Shown here: positions 27,417 through 41,096 of the stretch, piece by piece
How the letters are laid out: the number at the start of each line of letters is the position of its first letter
How positions within the stretch are numbered: position 1 is the first letter of the stretch
Source of the DNA: Bigelowiella natans CCMP2755
Lineage: Eukaryota; Protista; Cercozoa
DNA: 64,000 bases
Assembly: GCA_000320545.1 (NCBI GenBank)
Contig: ADNK01002363.1
Span: 62,001 to 126,000 of the forward strand
Reading direction: 5' to 3'
The notes under the pieces: generated by a model
Database searches by the model: none
What the model saw: the letters and a program-made list of their open reading frames with translations, nothing else
What the model was told of the DNA's origin: nothing
Position numbers and translations under genes: made by a program

Positions 27417-28437
27417 TTCATAGTATAGACCTGCTGTGTCTGTTTAGTTGGATGATGGGGGGGGTTGCCGGGGGATAGATGGATGTATTGGAGAATGCGA
27501 GAAAAGAAGTGAGGGTTTGGGGAAGGGGGAGTGGGAAGGAGATTAGAATCAATCATTTCCCTTCAGAGGTAGAAGGTTGATGGGCGCTTTTCCAGTGTTA
27601 CAGGCAGCGCTCATGCATCTGCTGATGCCTGCCATTTGATATACGTTGCACAGGTCATCGCGCGCGTCGTTGATGATAGCAGGGTAAATCGCATGTATTG
27701 ATACGTATGAGTAATATATACCACTTATTCTTGTTGTTGTTCTTCTTCTTCGTCTGCTTGCCTATTATCATTGCCGCATCCCATCCATACTATACTACGT
27801 CCTTCCTCCTATCAGTTCGATGAGTTCAAGCCTCTGTATGGGGACACGTTGGCATGCGGATTTTCCCACATCTATGGGTACCCTGTTGGGATCGTGGCTA
27901 ACAACGGGTGAGTAGGAGTAGTAGTAGCAGCAGCAGCAGCAGCATCTGTAGTAGTAATAGGAGTAGTAGTAGTATTAGTGCTAGTTGTAGTGAGAATTGG
28001 AGATATCGTAGTTGTCGTTCTCGTCGTCGTTGTCCTGGCATAGATATCTCTCCAAGGAATTTTACCCATTGCTGCTGGCTTGCTTTTTGTTGTCAACTGC
28101 ATTTTGGGTTGAGGAGGTGGGAGACATTGTATGGTGGTGGTGCTGGTGGTGATGATGATCGTCTTGTAGAAGACTTTTGAGATAGTTCTGCGGTTGTGTT
28201 GGGTTGTGTTGATGAAAACCAATGCAGAATTTTGTTCGGAGAATCGGCCGTCAAGGGGGCGCATTTCATCCAATTGTGTGGACAGGTTGTGTTGGGTTGT
28301 GTTTAGATGACGACAACGACAACGACGATGTGTATAATGAATGGATAGTACAATTCGTCTTTGGCTCTTTTTTTCGTTCTTATCGTCATCGGTTGCAGCT
28401 ACACTTTACTATAGGCACAATACACACACCACACACA

Positions 28438-28480
<43 letters not shown>

Positions 28481-29646
28481 CGTGGTATCCCTCTCGTTTT
28501 CCTGCAAAACATCACTGGCTTCATGATTGGCCAGCAGTACGAAGCAGGAGGTAGCATGAGAAGCACAAAAAGAGGAAGAGTGGGAAGAATGTTCAGAAGA
28601 GAACATGCCTTGTATGGATGCGGATTGTTTTCGGATGGGAGGCCATCTCTCCCTCTCCCTCTCCCTCTCCCTCTCCCTCTGTGTGTGTGGTGTGTGTGTA
28701 ACATATGCGTTCGATCTGACAGGGATTGCTAAGCACGGAGCAAAGATGGTTATGGCCGTGGCTTGCGCAAACGTAAGAACTGACGACGATGATGTTCTGT
28801 TGATATTTTGTGTTACTGACAATCAGCCGATGATGGTGGTAACATATGATGGTGATGATAATGACGATGATAATGACAAAGATGTCGATTCCTACCGGCA
28901 GTGCCGAGAGAGAAGAAGGCAACCGCGGCACACATATTCTTACTTACACGAGCATGGATGTCATTCTCGCGAGAAAGGAAAAATCATAAAACGGTTAAAT
29001 TTGACGTCGTGTAACAAAAGGTCCCGAAATTCACGGTGCTTTGTGGTGGTAGCTTTGGAGCTGGGAATTATGGTACAGTCCTCAGCTAATATCTTGTCAG
29101 CTCACACGCAAGAGAAAAGCTAGCGAATGCTTAGATGTGTGACGAAGTCTGACAATGAAAAGTGAAAGGACAGTAGAAATCATCAGTTTAAAAACACAAA
29201 CTTATTGTCAGGTATGTGCGGTAGATCCTACTCGCCAAACTTCCTGTACATGTGGCCCAACGCGCAGATCAGCGTCATGGGAGGGCAGCAGGTGCTATTA
29301 CCTCCAATCCAGAAAAAAGTGGCGTTGAGTGGGAAAGGGGGATCGAATTGAGTGGATGTGCACTTGTAGCTGTTGTTCGCTCGTCTGTTGCGCGCTAGCT
29401 CCTTACTATGTTATTCCTTTTTTTTGTATCTAGGCGGCAAGTGTGCTTTCCACCATCCAAAGGGATAATGCAAAACTGAGAGGAGAGGAGGTAGTGTGGG
29501 TCGGTGCTGTTAGTGGACTTTAATTCACTGAGAGAGAGTGATACGGAGGATGTCGACAACATGCACCATCACATATATTTATCAAAGTATAACCTACAAT
29601 CCCCCATCCCCCTGATCTCGCGTCCTCCGCCCCGCCCCCCCCCCTC

Positions 29647-29685
<39 letters not shown>

Positions 29686-30266
29686 CCACCTTCCCCCCCC
29701 TTCATCAACAATAGTGGAGCGACGAGCAGGTTGCAACCTTTGAGAAACCTATTAAGGTATTGTTTCAAGCACATACCTTGTTCTGTATATTATGGTCGTT
29801 GTCATCATCACTATCAAGTCCATCAGTATTCCGCGTTAACACTCTGATGTCATGTTTCTTATTTCTCATCCTATTTCTCCTCATACTCGATCTCTATCGT
29901 ACTGTATTTTATCTCCACTTTGCAGGAAAAATACGAGACCGAGGGGAACGCATACTATTCCTCAGCGAGATTGTGGGACGACGGCATCATCGATCCTGCG
30001 GACACGAGGAAGGTAATATAGATACAGTATTTTCAAAAACTGATAGCTGTAGCTCCCGCCACTTTTTTGACACCGATTTTTCTCAAGAACTTTTCGTCGA
30101 ATAGAAAAACTTTTTCACGTTGTCACATGTCGCTTTTAATCATGGAAAGTGTTCTGTGTTCGTTTCTTAATGATCGTCGTATTTGGTGCAGGTTCTCGGT
30201 TTGTCCATCAGTGCTTCGCTCAACAAAACACCAAAAGATACCACCTTTGGTGTATTCCGAATGTAG
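24622..30266 (+). CDS. MCCC2: Methylcrotonoyl-CoA carboxylase beta subunit, mitochondrial
   Basis: Mitochondrial-type presequence [17 protein letters not shown]; [19 protein letters not shown]; [34 protein letters not shown]; [15 protein letters not shown]; [15 protein letters not shown]; [11 protein letters not shown]; [18 protein letters not shown]; [17 protein letters not shown]; ends TFGVFRM*. Confidence 0.97.
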
Positions 30267-30289
30267 CTTCGTGATTTATTAACATCCCC

Positions 30290-31516
30290 TCAACAACATG
30301 CAACACGTTCTTTTGCTCATTCATTTTGATTAGCATCTTGGACAAAAAATAGATATGAGAGCAAAAGAGAATGCAGCACAAATCTGCCTTTCGCAAAAAG
30401 CATGTGGGCATGCCTCCAAGTGCATAGTGCATAAGGGTTTGCAAGCAGTGCATGCAAATTGCGCATGCCTGCTTCCGTGGCATGCAATGATGCATGAGAT
30501 GCATGTGTAGGGTGCAATCACAACTTGGACACAGCTAGACAGAAAACATCGATGCTGCATCACACGTTGCGCGCGCGCACGCATGCAACGTGAAACACAC
30601 ACAGTCCAACCCAGACATCGATCGAAGTATCACAGCAGTGACACGACTGGACGTCATCCCCAGTGTGTCCTGTGTGAATTGAAAAATGCAACCTAGCAAG
30701 CCTGGAAGCGCCTGCATTGCGGCGACACGAGACAAATGAACCAATGAATGATGAATGACAATGCAGCATGCAAGCCAGCAAGCATGACCAGAAAGTTCAT
30801 AGTGTCCTAGTGCGCAACACAGTAAGCTCTAGAGCTGGCAATGGACAGCGACCCGCGAGAAGTTTGCACTGCTGCTGCTGGTGCGTCCAGCAGGCTAGCA
30901 GGTGTGCTGGCGTGTCTTGCGCGTTTTTGACTCATTTTGTCACTTTCTTGCACGCACATGGTCGTTGTGCTGTGTTGTGCACGCACACACGCTTGCCCTA
31001 ACATTGCATGCCACATGGATGATGGGGCGGATGCCACGTTTTCGTTCTGCACGTGCACTTTGTCCAAGTGCACGCGTGCGCGCAACAGAATGCCTCACGT
31101 GCTTTGTCGGCACACGTGTTGTTGCCTGCGAGCTTGCTTGGCTTCGCAAACGCGTTTTTCACCAGTGGCGACACACCTCAATGGACCATGTGCACTTTGT
31201 CAATCATCGCGATGTCATCGAGGGCTTCAATTGCATCGAGGGTGTGAAGTCCAGTGCTGGCAACAGGGTGGCAAAGGGTTCAACACGCGTGAGTGAATGG
31301 GTTTCCAGTGGCACGGCGAAGTGCGGCTGCACGACTGACGAAGTGTTTTCAATGATGAAGTTGAACGAATGAAGGAACAGAGGAACGAACGAATCACTGA
31401 ATGAAGCAGTTTCAATGCAATTGTTTCAATGGAGCAGTTGAAAGGACCTCCATTGGCAGACTGCCTTCGCTCTCGATGTCTGGAAACTCTCGCGAGATTC
31501 TTGTTGGAGATCTGGG
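30290..31516. other. TpA-depleted domain 2
   Basis: Hand count: a single TA (CTAA) in 30901-31516 and none in 31001-31516. Partial depletion in 30290-30900. Confidence 0.9.
31106..31451 (+). mobile_element. Possible decayed Merlin/IS1595(ISXO2)-like transposase C-terminal fragment and element end
   Basis: VGTRVVACE..HTSMDHVHFV..NCIEGVKS loosely resembles PGT.I.SD..H..VNH...FV..N.IEG.WS. The end GGACCTCC (31444-31451) resembles 55131 in reverse. By-eye match only. Confidence 0.3.
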
Positions 31517-32222
31517 TACCAAAAAGCGGCGATTTTCGTGCTGCCGATGATATTCTGGCCTAAACCAAGTAATTTCACCGATGGGAAAACCGGTGAAAAG
31601 GAATTCCCCGTAGACTACCTCAAAATGATTCAATGCAAAAACGGCCTCAGACGACCAATTGATCACTTTTCCAGGTGCGCAACGGCCCGGACTTATGGTT
31701 CTTCACCGGCAGACCTAAATTAAAATATCGGTATAATTTCTGAATTTTCCCGTTAATGGCGGATGATTCCACAGCAAAAGGGCTGCGTTGTCCCCGATTT
31801 GGCATGGGTGCTCCATCTCTTTCTTGTTTCTATGGCAGACGATGTTGCATGAAGTTTGAAAGAACTTGATAAGCACCGCAAAGGTCAGCTTGTAAATCAT
31901 AATGATGCGACATCCATATTTCCTTGTCGCAGGTAATAATTATTGTAGACCTTTCGGGATAAACAATAAGCGGAGGAAGCTACCACCAGAAGGCAACAGC
32001 CCGAGTAAACCCGCGAAAGAAGAAGTAGCGAGCGTTACAGGGTCCGTGTGTGTTCTCTATGCCTTTCTTTGATGCTATCAGTCTAGCCTGTGTCTACTAA
32101 CCTGTGTCTAACTTCTTCGCATTCTTTGCGACTTTGCCACCGCAGAAGTTATGTTGCTCAATCTTAATACTCATCCCAAATATGTCTTCAGCGAAGCCTC
32201 ATCTATTCATCTACCATTAACG

Positions 32223-34198
32223 ATGATGGCCACAAGAAGAATGTTGCCAAAAGCTCGGGGGAATATATCTCGGAGATCTGCACTAGTTAAGGTTAGATGC
32301 TATCATCCTCCTCAGGTGCCCGATCTTAACATGTGTTAATACGTAATTTGGCAGACGCGATGTATGAGCACTTCTCTGGAATCCAAACACCTTTATGGCC
32401 CCACTGATAACTTTGTAAAACGACACATTGGTCCAGAGGAGAAAGAGATGAAGGAGATGCTCAAAGTAAAGGAATTAAACTCTCATACTTGAGGCACCTC
32501 TGATAATTTGACAAATATTAGACGCTCGAAGTAAATTCTCTTGATGAACTTATGGAGCACATCGTCCCTAAGTCTATCCGTTCCTATTCGGTAAGAACTT
32601 GTTTGAATTTGGATTTTTTAGCCCGCAATTTTGACAACACGGTATTGTTTTCAGGAGTTGAAATGCCCAACGAATATGGGTGAATCGGAGGCTCTCGAAA
32701 TGTTTCAAGTATGTAGTGTTCGTGCTTCCATATACCGCTCATACGATTAACACAAATAAAATCCCACAGGAAATGATGGGAAAGAACGAAATCTACAAAT
32801 CATTCATCGGCTCAGGCTACTACGATACCATCACTCCTTCCGTCATTCTCCGAAACCTTCTAGAAAACCCTGCTTGGTACACCCCCTACACACCGTACCA
32901 GGTAATGTAAAAACGTGCCATAATTAGGAGATAACCCCTTGGACCAGATTATTTACAAGAAAAAACGCTTTCAGTCACTTTCTTTGTTCAGATAATTGAA
33001 TATCTGAGTCACTATATGGCATGTTATCAAATGTGATTCACCTTTCCTGCTAGGCCGAAATCTCTCAAGGCCGTCTGGAGATGCTGCTCAACTTCCAAAC
33101 AATGGTAGTAGTTTGAATTTGCCAAATATATTTCTATGCCTAGAAATGTATGGTACGGTTGAGCTAGCTTGCGAAAATCTTCAGTACTGTGTCTCTGCTG
33201 CATGCAGTTCGTTCCCTTTTGTTCGGGTGTCACTCAATCAACTTCCCTCAGGTTGGTGACCTCACTGGTACTGGATTTGCAAACGCTTCTCTCCTTGATG
33301 AGGCCACCGCTGCAGCTGAAGCTATGACGATGTGCATCAACACATCGAAGAAGGGCCAGACCAAGTTCTACGTTGGCACTGATCTCCACCCGCAGACGAT
33401 TGAAGTAGTTCTGTCTCGCGCTGAGCACTACGACTGCGACTTAGAAATCTGTGCTCCAGAAAATATGGATTTCTCTAAAGGTCATTGCTTCATCTCTCTA
33501 TACACATAATTAACTACACATAGTAAATACAATTGGAACTGTCAATTTCTCTCTATTTCTCTCTCCCCCCCTCTCTCTCTTTCTCCTCTTGACTCCCATT
33601 GTGTTTACTACGAGCAGGTGACGTAATCGGAGTGCTTCTCCAGTATCCCAACACTACAGGGGCGGTGTTTGACTACACCGAGCTCATCTCCGCAGCGAAG
33701 GAGGCAGGATCCAAGGTGGTGGTTGCGAGTGATCTGCTCGCTTCCACCGTGCTAAAGCCTGCTGGGGAATTCGGTAGTGACGTGGTGGTAGGGTCGAGCC
33801 AGCGATTTGGAGTCCCAATGGGCTTTGGCGGTCCACATGCTGCGTTCTTTGCATGCAACCAGCAGTTCATGCGTAAGATGCCAGGGCGTGTAATTGGCGT
33901 GTCGAAAGACTCCCGAGGAAGGCCAGCCCTCCGCATGACCATGCAGACCCGCGAGCAGCACATCCGTCGCGACAAGGCCACGTCCAACATCTGCACCGCT
34001 CAGGCGCTTCTGGCAAACATGGCGGCTGCTTACGGGATCTACCATGGACCCGACGGACTGAAGAATATCGGGTCGAAAGTGCACGGGATGACCAAGGTGA
34101 CAGAAGCTGGCCTGGCGAAACTAGGCTTTGGTTCAAAGCACGCAGATTACTTCGATACGCTCCATATTGACACCTCAGCTGTCAACGGTATTATTATT

Positions 34199-34229
<31 letters not shown>

Positions 34230-35899
34230 CGACATAGTAAAGAGTTGGTGATAGGTAATTTGGGGAAATTAGTATGATTACGAGGAAGATGCTGTTAGGT
34301 AGGCTGCTGGAATAATACAGCAGAGCTGCTGCTCTTATACACGAATAATCTCCTGTCAGGAGGCTCCGATGCTGTCGTCAAAGCTGCATTGGAGAGGAAG
34401 ATGAACCTTCGCAAGATCGATGAGAACTCTGTTTGTGTGTCCATGGATGAAACTACAAAGCCGGCTGACATCAATAATCTTCTCTCTGCTTTTGCAATGG
34501 CCAAGACGGGGAATGACACCCTTCCGACAGGTTGTGGTGGTGGTGGTGGTGGTGGTGGTTCAATGAGAGGAGAGAGCAGGCACGGGGAGAGGATGATGTA
34601 TGTTGTATGCTAAGAGAACTAGAGAGAGTAGATATTATGTATCAGGTAGTAGAGCCATCACATAAGTATCAAGTGCTCTCTCTCCCCCTCTCTCTCCGCT
34701 CTCCTTCACGCTTCTCCCTAATCTCTTCTTATGCTAGTACTACGTCCGTTCAATAATTAATGAATTCGTTGATAGGTGTGGATGCGGAGTCTCTTTCATC
34801 GAGCACCGACACCACCGTCTCGGCCAAGTTTGCACGGTCTACTGAGTTCATGACCCATCCTGTTTTCAATTCGCATCACTCCGAGACTAACATGATGCGG
34901 TACCTCAACAAGCTCTCTTCTAAGGTACTATTACCAAATTATTGGCAGTTGTTGAATGGTGTGAATTATTTATCATTGCATGTGGTAATTAATCAATAAG
35001 TGACATTTGAAAAAGTAGTTACTGACAACGTACTATAAATAACCGCAGGACCTGGGTCTGCAAACGGCCATGATCCCTCTCGGATCCTGTACAATGAAGC
35101 TGAACGCTGCCTCAGAGATGATCCCTGTGTCCTGGCCTACCGTTGGCAAGCTCCACCCTTTCGCACCTGTCGAGCAAGTGCAGGGATATATGCAGATGAT
35201 GCAGGAGATGATCGACGATCTTGCGGACATCACGGGATTCCACACGGTGTCGCTGCAGCCAAACGCAGGCTCGCAGGGCGAATACCTTGGGCTTAAGGTC
35301 ATCGCAGCCTATCACAAGGATAATGGTGAGGCTCATAGGAACGTGTGTATCATCCCCGTCTCCGCACACGGTGAGTATTTCTATAAGATGAAACCTATTC
35401 TGTCGTCGTCATCATCGTTGTCAATATCATCATCATCATCATCACACTATCATCATCACTGTAGATCTTGAGGTCTTCTGCTTCATTGCACTACTACCTG
35501 TTACTAGATGCCTGATGGTTGTTACTTCCTGGTGCTACTACTGCTACTACTGCTACTACTACTACTACTACTAACTACTCACAGGGACCAACCCCGCCTC
35601 CGCTGTTATGTCTGGCATGCGTGTTGTTACTGTCAAGTGTGATGACTTGGGGAATGTAGACTTTGATGATCTCACGGCCAAGGTAATTGCTTACATCGCT
35701 CTGTTGCAGCCCCTTTCTTCTTCTTGGCGAAATACGAGCTAAGTTGGTTTTTTATGCACAATGATGATGTTAACGTTGTTCTTTCCATCCACGCCTCCTT
35801 CCTCCTTTGTGTTGCGTGCTGTCTCTTCTCCGCCTGTAGGTTGAGAAGCACAGTGATAACCTTTCTGCGCTCATGATCACGTAAGTAAAGAACAACAAA

Positions 35900-35932
<33 letters not shown>

Positions 35933-36366
35933 CAGGAACTGTAACAGTAGTAGGAAGTTTTAGTGACAACAACAGACAATATCGTTCTATCTACCCTATC
36001 TACCATCTTCATCAAAATCATACTCATCATCCTAAGCATTTGCTTGGTGCAATCAGAATCATGACCTCTTCTGATCACTCCCCCCCTTCTATCCCTCAGT
36101 TATCCATCCACTCACGGGGTGTTCGAAAGCAACGTCAAGGAAGTTTGTGAACTTATCCACAAACACGGCGGCCAAGTTTATATGGATGGCGCTAATATGA
36201 ATGCACAGGTAAGGTTTTAGTGATAGCAGTAGTAAGTAGTAGTAGTAGTAGTAGTATAGTAGTAGTATAGGGTATAGAGTGGAGTTAAAAATGTGTGTGT
36301 GTTCACACTTTGTACATAACAAAAAGGATCGCTGATATACACGGGAATCTCTCGCTCTCTCTGTCT

Positions 36367-36402
<36 letters not shown>

Positions 36403-36643
36403 ATATATATGTGCATATATATAATATAATTATATATAAAATGCAAAAGGTGGGTCTGTGTTCCCCCGGAGGCATCGGGGCCGATGTTTGCCACTTGAAC
36501 CTCCACAAAACCTTCGCCATTCCTCACGGAGGTGGAGGACCAGGAATGGGCCCAATTGGTGTTGCTAAGCAGCTGGCGCCCTTCCTCCCAAACCATATCA
36601 ATGCTCCAAACTCTGGAGGTATTTATATGTATTCGCAATAGCG

Positions 36644-36675
<32 letters not shown>

Positions 36676-37746
36676 CCTGTTGGTCGTTCATCTTTTAAAA
36701 AAAAAACGTCACCACGATCTCTTCCATCATAAATAAAATAAAATCATCACCATGCTCCATATTCTTCATCATCGTTATCATTATTTGCCACTACATCCTT
36801 CATTGATTGTGATATTATTATTATGATCATCATCATCATCATCGAAGGTGACAAGCCTGTGAGGGCTATCACTGCAGCCCCCTTTTCCAGTGGGTCTATT
36901 CTCCCAATCTCCTATATGTACATCAGAATGATGGGATCGGATGGGCTCAAACTGGTACTACTGCGTACGTGCATCCCGCAGCTTCTTTCTAGTGAAGAGA
37001 GGGGAAGGGGGAGGGGGGGCGCCAGTCCAGAACAAAATATGGATGCGATCTGAGATGTATTGAAAACAGTTTTGTGCTCACACCACCACACTTTCGCTTG
37101 TCACCATATCATTATTATCATCATCATCATCATCATCACTTCTCCATGATTCAGGCTTCTGAGGTTGCTATCCTCAACGCAAACTACATGGCGGAACGCC
37201 TCCGAGGCCACTTCAACATTCTGTAATACGTAGTAGGAGCAATTAGTCTTTTCTTTCGAGAATTTGAGAGATGATGGTATTCTGGTATTGTTTCACCACA
37301 ATAATACACGGAAATAACCACAATAATACATGAAAATAATTAACTAGCTGATATCATAGCATATCATTCATTCACTTATCCATCCTTCATCGGGAGTAGG
37401 CGTAATAAGGAGGTTGATTTAAAACATTGTCGTCCCCCTCCCACCCTGCCCTCCCCATCCTGTCCTACCACCCGTTGATGTAGATACACCGGAGAGTCCG
37501 GATTCGTCGCACATGAGTTTATACTTGACTTACGCGAATTCAAGAAGCACGGCATCACTGAGGAGGACGTAGCTAAGCGCCTCCAGGACTTCAACTTGCA
37601 CGCTCCAACTATGAGTTGGCCTGTTGTCGGTACGCTTATGGTAGAGCCAACGGAATCAGAGTCTATGGAGGAGTGTGACCGTTTATGCGATGCCCTTATC
37701 AAGATAAGAGAAGAGATACAAGAGGTAGGTGTGTAGGTAGGTAGGT

Positions 37747-37785
<39 letters not shown>

Positions 37786-38339
37786 AGTTACTTTCTTCTT
37801 TGTTCTACTTCGTCTGCATGTGGACATATATCGAAGAAGCAATGATGATCATGATGAAGATAATGGTATTATTATAGTTCTTGAGCTTTCTGCTGATGTA
37901 TTTATCCTATGTACCTCCTCCCTTCCTCCTCCTCTTCCAACTTCTCCACATGTATAGATCATAGATGGCAAGGCGGATAAAGACAATAATGTCCTCAAGC
38001 ACGCTCCTCACACTGCGGATGTATGTATTACCTTCGCGAAAATTAGATCATCATCGTCACCAGCATCATCATCGTCATCGTCATCGTCATCGTGCTGTAT
38101 GTATGTTATGAACTAGATGCATTATCCATCTGACCGTCTTATTTTTATTACTATTATTATTATTATTCTCTTTTTTATTCTTTGTCTTGTTTCGTTTGTT
38201 AGGCTTGCCTCGCTGACGACTGGGACCGGCCATACAGCCGAGAGAAAGCTGCTTACCCTCTCAAGTAAGTTAGCTCCGTCCTCCGTGCATGGAAAATATT
38301 ACCGCAAACCCGTTGCAGTCATCGTTGCTCTGTTTTAGT

Positions 38340-38393
<54 letters not shown>

Positions 38394-38580
38394 TGCGTTG
38401 GTTGGTTTGGAAATGCGTTTGTAACAATTTTGATGTTTGATGTTTTCTTCTTTCTCTCTGCCACAACACAGATACCTTGTGGATAACAAGTTCTGGCCTA
38501 CTGTGGGGCGCCTTGACAATGTATACGGTGATCGTAATCCTGTGTGCTCTTGTCCTCCATTAGAGGCGTACGAGGATTAG
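32223..38580 (+). CDS. GLDC: Glycine dehydrogenase (decarboxylating), glycine cleavage system P protein
   Basis: FVKRHIGP; [34 protein letters not shown]; [15 protein letters not shown]; [19 protein letters not shown]; [25 protein letters not shown]; [13 protein letters not shown]; PLP-lysine motif [18 protein letters not shown]; ends [24 protein letters not shown]. Confidence 0.98.
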
Positions 38581-39663
38581 AAGTAGTAGGGCGAGGCATT
38601 ATGATATCAGCGTACAAAAGAGATCAAGATCAAAAGTGATCAAGATCAAAAGTTTAATTACACGTTATTTTTTCGGTTATTACACTCAATCAATCAGAAT
38701 AAAACCTTTGATTTGAATGCCATGCAGAGTGATATTGTATTTGCAAGAGCATATGCGCACCTAGGCCAATTGCGGATAGACTGTGTGGCTGTAGGCATTG
38801 CACCGCTGCGCGTGTAACAGCCATGTCTAGTAGACATGCCTGCGCTAGCGTTGCCTGCCTCTTAGTGCGATGGTCATTTTGACAAACTGTCCTGCATGTG
38901 ACCATGTTGTGTTAACGTTGTGAGTTGTACGTGCGGCTGTCCACGTGAATATTCATATTTATTCCGTCTAGCTAGTAGCCTTAGTTGCTAGCCTGTTGTT
39001 GCTGTGCTGGCGGTTACATCTGGCAGATATCACCATGTTCGTTCGCGCACGGCAGCTGCGCATGTACTGCTGTACGTAGATGTGCACATCGACGTAACAT
39101 GCATCTAGAACTTGAGATATGATGAGGCAGCCAGCCAATAGCTAGAGCTTCTGGCACTGCTGGCACACGCCAGCTGTGCGCATCGGCTCAGCTGTGTATT
39201 GTAGTATGATGCATGCAGAGCATGTCAGGACAATCTCCACACTCTAGCACTCGCTAGCTCGAGCTATTTATCGTGCGGCTCGCGAGCTGCCATCGCATGT
39301 ACCGCGTTTACTGTGACTTATATTCATGGAACGCGCTGGACGCTACATATCTGATGCAAAGCTAGAAAGGGTGGCCATAGCAAGAACCACTTTTCGATCG
39401 TCGTCGTTCTAAATATATGGAGCATATTCGAGCTTCCTCGATTACATGTGAGCCCCGGTACTTAAAATATTTGATATTCTTTACTTAATTTTCATTGATC
39501 AAGTTAACGTAACACATACATACGTGATATCGATATACTTGCCGCATCATTTACTCTGTGCTGTAGCGGCAAGCGGCGATGACAGACTTACTATACATTT
39601 TCTGAAAGTGCTTGTTGTTGTTCAAGGATCATATGTTATTATCTCCATTCTTCATCTCGATTT

Positions 39664-41096
39664 TTACTCAAGTTCATAGTAGTCCGCAGCTGGCTCCGGG
39701 CTTTGCAACCCAGGAAACAGAAGGGCACCCAATCCGGCCACCTTATAAGGAAAAGTATTAAAAAAACAAATATTTAAGTATGTCTTTTGAAGATCCAACT
39801 TTTGCTGAACGCACACAGCGGTATTGGTGAATGAATTACTACCAACGCAAAGCTGCCTATACTGACAATCGCCACTCGACGAGCAATAGATGAGTACCGC
39901 AGGTCCTGACCCTAATTGGAGATGAAGGTTACTTTCGAAGTATCATCATCTTTGCCCTTACAGGCCATGATAACTAGCTTTGAAGCATCTTTCAAACCGG
40001 TTGAGAAATAACAACCTCTGCAAGTTCTAATTCCTCATTCACTGATTCCAATTCAGGTCTTAAGGGCTGTTCCGGTGCGGGACTTGCTCTTGTTAGCTCC
40101 TTTGCATATTTCCACAATTCTTCTTCCATCTTTGCAGTTGAACCCTTGAAGATACAGAATTATACTACTTAGCTAAGAGCTTTTAGACAAACATAATATC
40201 CAATATGATATATTTGAGTGAATATATTATGTCTGTGCATGTCTATTTGTAAAATCACGCCTCTTACAAGCCAACGACTATTTCAACTCTGTTAAAAGTT
40301 TTGAACGACTGTAAGAATGATGGAAATGTCATACCTGGAGCGGGAGCAGATCTGGATCAAACTTTGCCTTCTCCAGATCCAAACCTAGCCGAATTGCGTT
40401 ACCTAAGCTTTGTTGCGCCTTGGTCAAGTCGCCAAACCTCAGAAATATGCATGCACTGTTCCAGAATGCAGCCTAAGTGAGTAGTTATGTTTGTATTAAT
40501 TCGGCTGGAAACATAATCAAATAAGGAAAAATTGCGCAAAATCTAGCATTTTGTTGACCTGTCTCTGCTCGATAGTAACAAAATCACTTGGAAGCTGGAT
40601 CACCTAACGACACATGAATAATTATCATGCATGGAGTAAAAGGACATACCAACTAGTGATTAGTTGGTTTGGATGGGCAATACCTTTTGGAAGGCAAGCA
40701 AGCTTGCTTGAGGATTATTTCGTGCACATTTTCTGCCCTCTTCTAGAATCTCTGCTACATCGATAGCACCGTTGTTTGGGTCATGTGCCATCCCTGCTAC
40801 AACTGCACCCTGATCACTATTCACCCTGAAACTTATTTTGCGATTCGAGGGCATGATGCGCATTCTCGTTGTCGGTCCAGTAACCTGAGAAATTATGTTG
40901 GAGCGCGCTTTTAACTCCTGAACTGGATGCATAGGGAAACTACTAATTGTATTACGCTGGGCCAAGAATCCGCATTTGTGCTGCGAAGACGATTAAATAT
41001 TTGTGTGGATCGGAATTGTTGAGAGCATGGTGGCTTCGCCGCGAAAGCGGACGAAAATAGCAGCACTGCCAGTCCATGTGCTCCCCTGGATGGCAT
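39664..41096 (-). CDS. TPR-containing protein with predicted bipartite leader and C-terminal transmembrane helix (likely plastid)
   Basis: MPSRGAHGLAVLLFSSAFA leader; TPR-like AAFWNSACIFLRFGDLTKAQQSLGNAIRLGLDLEKAKFDPDLLPLQ (~40335-40475); C-terminal IARRVAIVSIGSFAL|VAGLGALLFPG..DYYELE*. Confidence 0.65.

Noticed and set aside
31715-31930. Short minus-strand ORF between the depleted domain and GLDC
   Set aside because: 61 aa, no recognisable motif and no supported exon chain.
24622-38580. MCCC2 and GLDC adjacent, suggesting an amino-acid catabolism cluster
   Set aside because: Different pathways, separated by a TE-like spacer. Two genes do not show clustering.
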